Below, in pieces: positions 60,531 through 64,000 of a DNA stretch of 64,000 nt. The notes beneath the pieces were generated by a model. The model saw only the letters and a program-made list of their open reading frames with translations. It ran no database searches and was not told where the DNA came from. The position numbers and the translations under genes were made by a program. This DNA comes from Macrostomum lignano. Taxonomy: Eukaryota. The stretch lies in assembly GCA_002269645.1 (NCBI GenBank), contig NIVC01003311.1, positions 1 to 64,000 of the forward strand, read 5' to 3'. Numbering within the stretch: position 1 is the stretch's first letter; each line of letters starts with the position of its first letter.

Positions 60531-62217
60531 ATGTTGCCGAGTCGCCTGCTCGGCTTCGGCTTATCCTGCGCCGCTGTTGGCGCCGCTAGCGCCGCTCTGT
60601 ACACCGAGTTGTCCTCGTCAGCGGCTTCGTCAGCGCCTGACAATAAACTGATGTCTGTCGCGGATCCCTCGGCACCAGCGGTCTACCTGCGCCCGGTGAC
60701 CAGCGATCAGTTATTGAACAATCTTCGCTGCTGCGATCCAGTGCTACCCGGAACTAAATGGAACAATAATTGGGATAATAGACATTGGCGAACTACTGAT
60801 AGTAGTAGTAGTAATAATAATAAAATCCGCAGTATTATCCTGGTTAGGCACGGCAGGTTTCATCATTCCGATAGGCTGCTAGACGATCTGGGTAGACGCC
60901 AAGCTGAACAGCTGGGTAACCGCTTGGCCCAGCTGCACAGACGCTACGGTATTAGCAGGATTATTTCGTCTAGCGCGCCTAGAGCCGTGCAAACTGCGGA
61001 ATTAGCTATGCGCTATCTGCCGAATAATTTGAAGAGACAAGAGTGCCACCTGTTGACTGAAGTTGGCTGGCCGTGTCCGCCTGAGCCGCCTGGGGCACAT
61101 TTTGTGCCGGAGTTCTACTATCACGACAGGGCTGCCAGGGCTGAGGCAGCTTTCCGTCGGCATATTCATCGGGCTGATGACGATGCGGGAGAGTCCACCA
61201 ATGAGCTGGAGGTCTGTGCTTGTGCTTGGATGAGGCTTATTTTTGCGTGGGGCTCGAGATGGGATCTTGCGGACAAGTCTTCATGGGATCTTGCGGACAA
61301 GTATCGATGGGATCTTGCGGACAAGTCTTGCTGGGATCTTGCGGACAAGTCTCAATGGGATCTTGCGGACAAGTCTTGATGGGATCTTGCGGACAAGTAT
61401 CGATGGGATCTTGCGGACAAGTCTTGATGGGACCTTGCGGACAAGTATCGATGGGATCTTGCGGACAAGTCTTGATGGGATCTTGGGATAAGTATTGATG
61501 GGATCTTGCGGACAAGTCTCGATGGGATCTTGCGGACAAGTCTTGATGGGATCTTGCGGACAAGTCTTGATGGGATCTTGTGGGCACGTATCTATGGGAT
61601 CTTGCGGACAAGTCCTGATGGGATCTTGCGGACAAGTCCTGATGGGATCTTGTGGACAAGTATCGATGGGATCTTGCGGACAAGTCTCAATGGGATCTTG
61701 CGGACAAGTCTCAATGGGATCTTGCGGACAAGTCTTGATGGGACCTTGCGGACAAGTATCGATGGGATCTTGCGGACAAGTCTTGATGGGATCTTGGGGA
61801 TAAGTATTGATGGGATCTTGCGGACAAGTCTCGATGGGATCTTGCGGACAAGTCTTGATGGAATCTTGCGGACAAGTCTCAATGGGATCTGGTGGACAAG
61901 TCTTTATTTATGGGATCTACAAGACAAGTCTTGATGGGATCTTTTGGACACATTGCAACAGACGTAAAAGTGTACTGAAATAATCTTACAGCCAATTTAA
62001 TCCTCAACTCAAGGTATTCGTCTGTCATCGCAACATCATACGCTACATGGTCTGTCGGGCTCTGCAGTTGCCGCCAGAAGCTTGGCTTCGCTTCTCGGTT
62101 GATCACTGCTCAATCACCTGGCTGGACCTGTACCCGGACGGCCGGGTCTGCCTGCGCTGCTTTGGCGACTCCGGACACGTGCCCGTTAGCCTGCTGTCTA
62201 AGGATAATGTGCGCTGA
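60531..62217 (+). CDS. PGAM5: PGAM5 paralog, copy 2, ~294 aa; exons 60531-61211, 62014-62217
   Basis: WNNNWD, SIILVRHG, SSSAPRAVQT, AEAAFRRHIHR in exon 1. Exon 2 (not in the ORF track) translates VFVCHRNIIRYMVCRALQLPPEAWLRFSVDHCSITWLDLYPDGRVCLRCFGDSGHVP...NVR*. Phase-0 join gag|gtctgt...ctcaag|gta. Confidence 0.88.
61258..61945. repeat. Intronic 24 bp minisatellite (gggatcttgcggacaagtcttgat)
   Basis: Fills PGAM5 copy 2 intron 61212-62013. Confidence 0.95.
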
Positions 62218-62225
62218 TACTGCGC

Positions 62226-62910
<685 letters not shown>

Positions 62911-64000
62911 CTTTCTATCTGCCTGCCTGTATATATCTTTGCCTTAATTAATGTTAATTTGCTTGATTTTTTTTTCTCGTATGCATCTGTTCTCATAGTC
63001 TTTTTGTTTCTTCCTGACTGTCTTGGCGTCGATCTGTCTGTTTTTTTATTTTTCTACTGTCTCTGTGTCTGTAGCTGTTAGTTGTTCTGTCTGCTTGCTT
63101 CTGTCTGTCCACTTGCTCTATTTAAGCAACGAAATGGCTTGTCAATCTCATTGTGTCAAACTGTGCCGTTTCATCTACCGCCATTCCAAATCAATTCTGA
63201 TTTATGATGTTCTTCAAATTATTTTGTTTTATTCTCAAACTGCTATTCCTAATTTTGCTAGTTGCACTCATTTTTTAACTTTTTTCCGCACGTGTTACTT
63301 TATTTTTATTTTGCTACTTATGAGTAGTTGAGTAACATTTTTAGCAATTTTTATTATATAAAGACTTCCAATTAGAGATCAATATTCACCTACTGCAACT
63401 GTGTAAACGGTTTATCGAAATCATGTTGATATGAAATCTCATTGTAGCCATAATTTATTATAAATATTTGTTTTGTTAAAATAATTTATTATAAAATATG
63501 TGAAAGAAATACTTATTAATTGGTGCTGATCAAATCTTCGTAAAAAGCCTGTCATATACTGATATAATATTATAACTTAGCTTGTCTTGTTTGTAGACTG
63601 TTTGCTGTGTCTTAACTGACCAGAGTTATTCCATTGATTTTTCTAAGTTTTCATGTCAAAGTTCATCTAATCGATCAATTTTTATTAAGAGGCTTTCTTA
63701 TTGCGCCAAAACAGTTTTTTGTTATAATCAGGTTCCTTCCAGCTTGTCTGTGTCTGGACTGACAATGAATTCAATGCTCAGTTAAAAGTTATATTATTGA
63801 ATTTAGATATACATATTGCATATACGATACGAGCTATATATTGATATATATTGTCAACTAAATTAATTTAGATTTTTATATTTTTATTATCCTTGATAGG
63901 ATAGTAATCCAGTATTTCTTTTTGTTAAACAAAAATTAAATTATAAATTCAATAGTAAAACTTGATTAGAAGTTAATAATATAGATAACAACTTTGAATT

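Overview
This is eukaryotic animal DNA: spliced genes whose introns and spacers are packed with mini- and microsatellites. That organisation suggests a Macrostomum-like flatworm (inference only). Most long ORFs in the supplied track are read-through of tandem repeats, not genes. Supportable genes are: a divergent type II pantothenate-kinase-like gene (+, 3 exons); the last exon of an FN3 plus transmembrane protein (-); and a co-oriented + strand run of PDSS2, NADSYN1 (8 predicted exons), intronless WDR48 and two tandem PGAM5 paralogs. Mobile DNA includes a full-length LOA-like LINE with RNase H and a 12-bp TSD, a 3.1-kb non-autonomous hAT element with an 8-bp TSD, and two MITEs. The most unexpected signal is three dispersed, co-oriented copies of a ~64-nt module antisense to the 28S rRNA helix 69-71 / R2 target region. 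All three share the same boundaries; one sits inside a MITE and one lies just after the predicted NADSYN1 stop with the cleavage site replaced. Four apparent single-base deletions break otherwise intact reading frames and may be assembly errors. All exon models are manual and unverified by transcripts.
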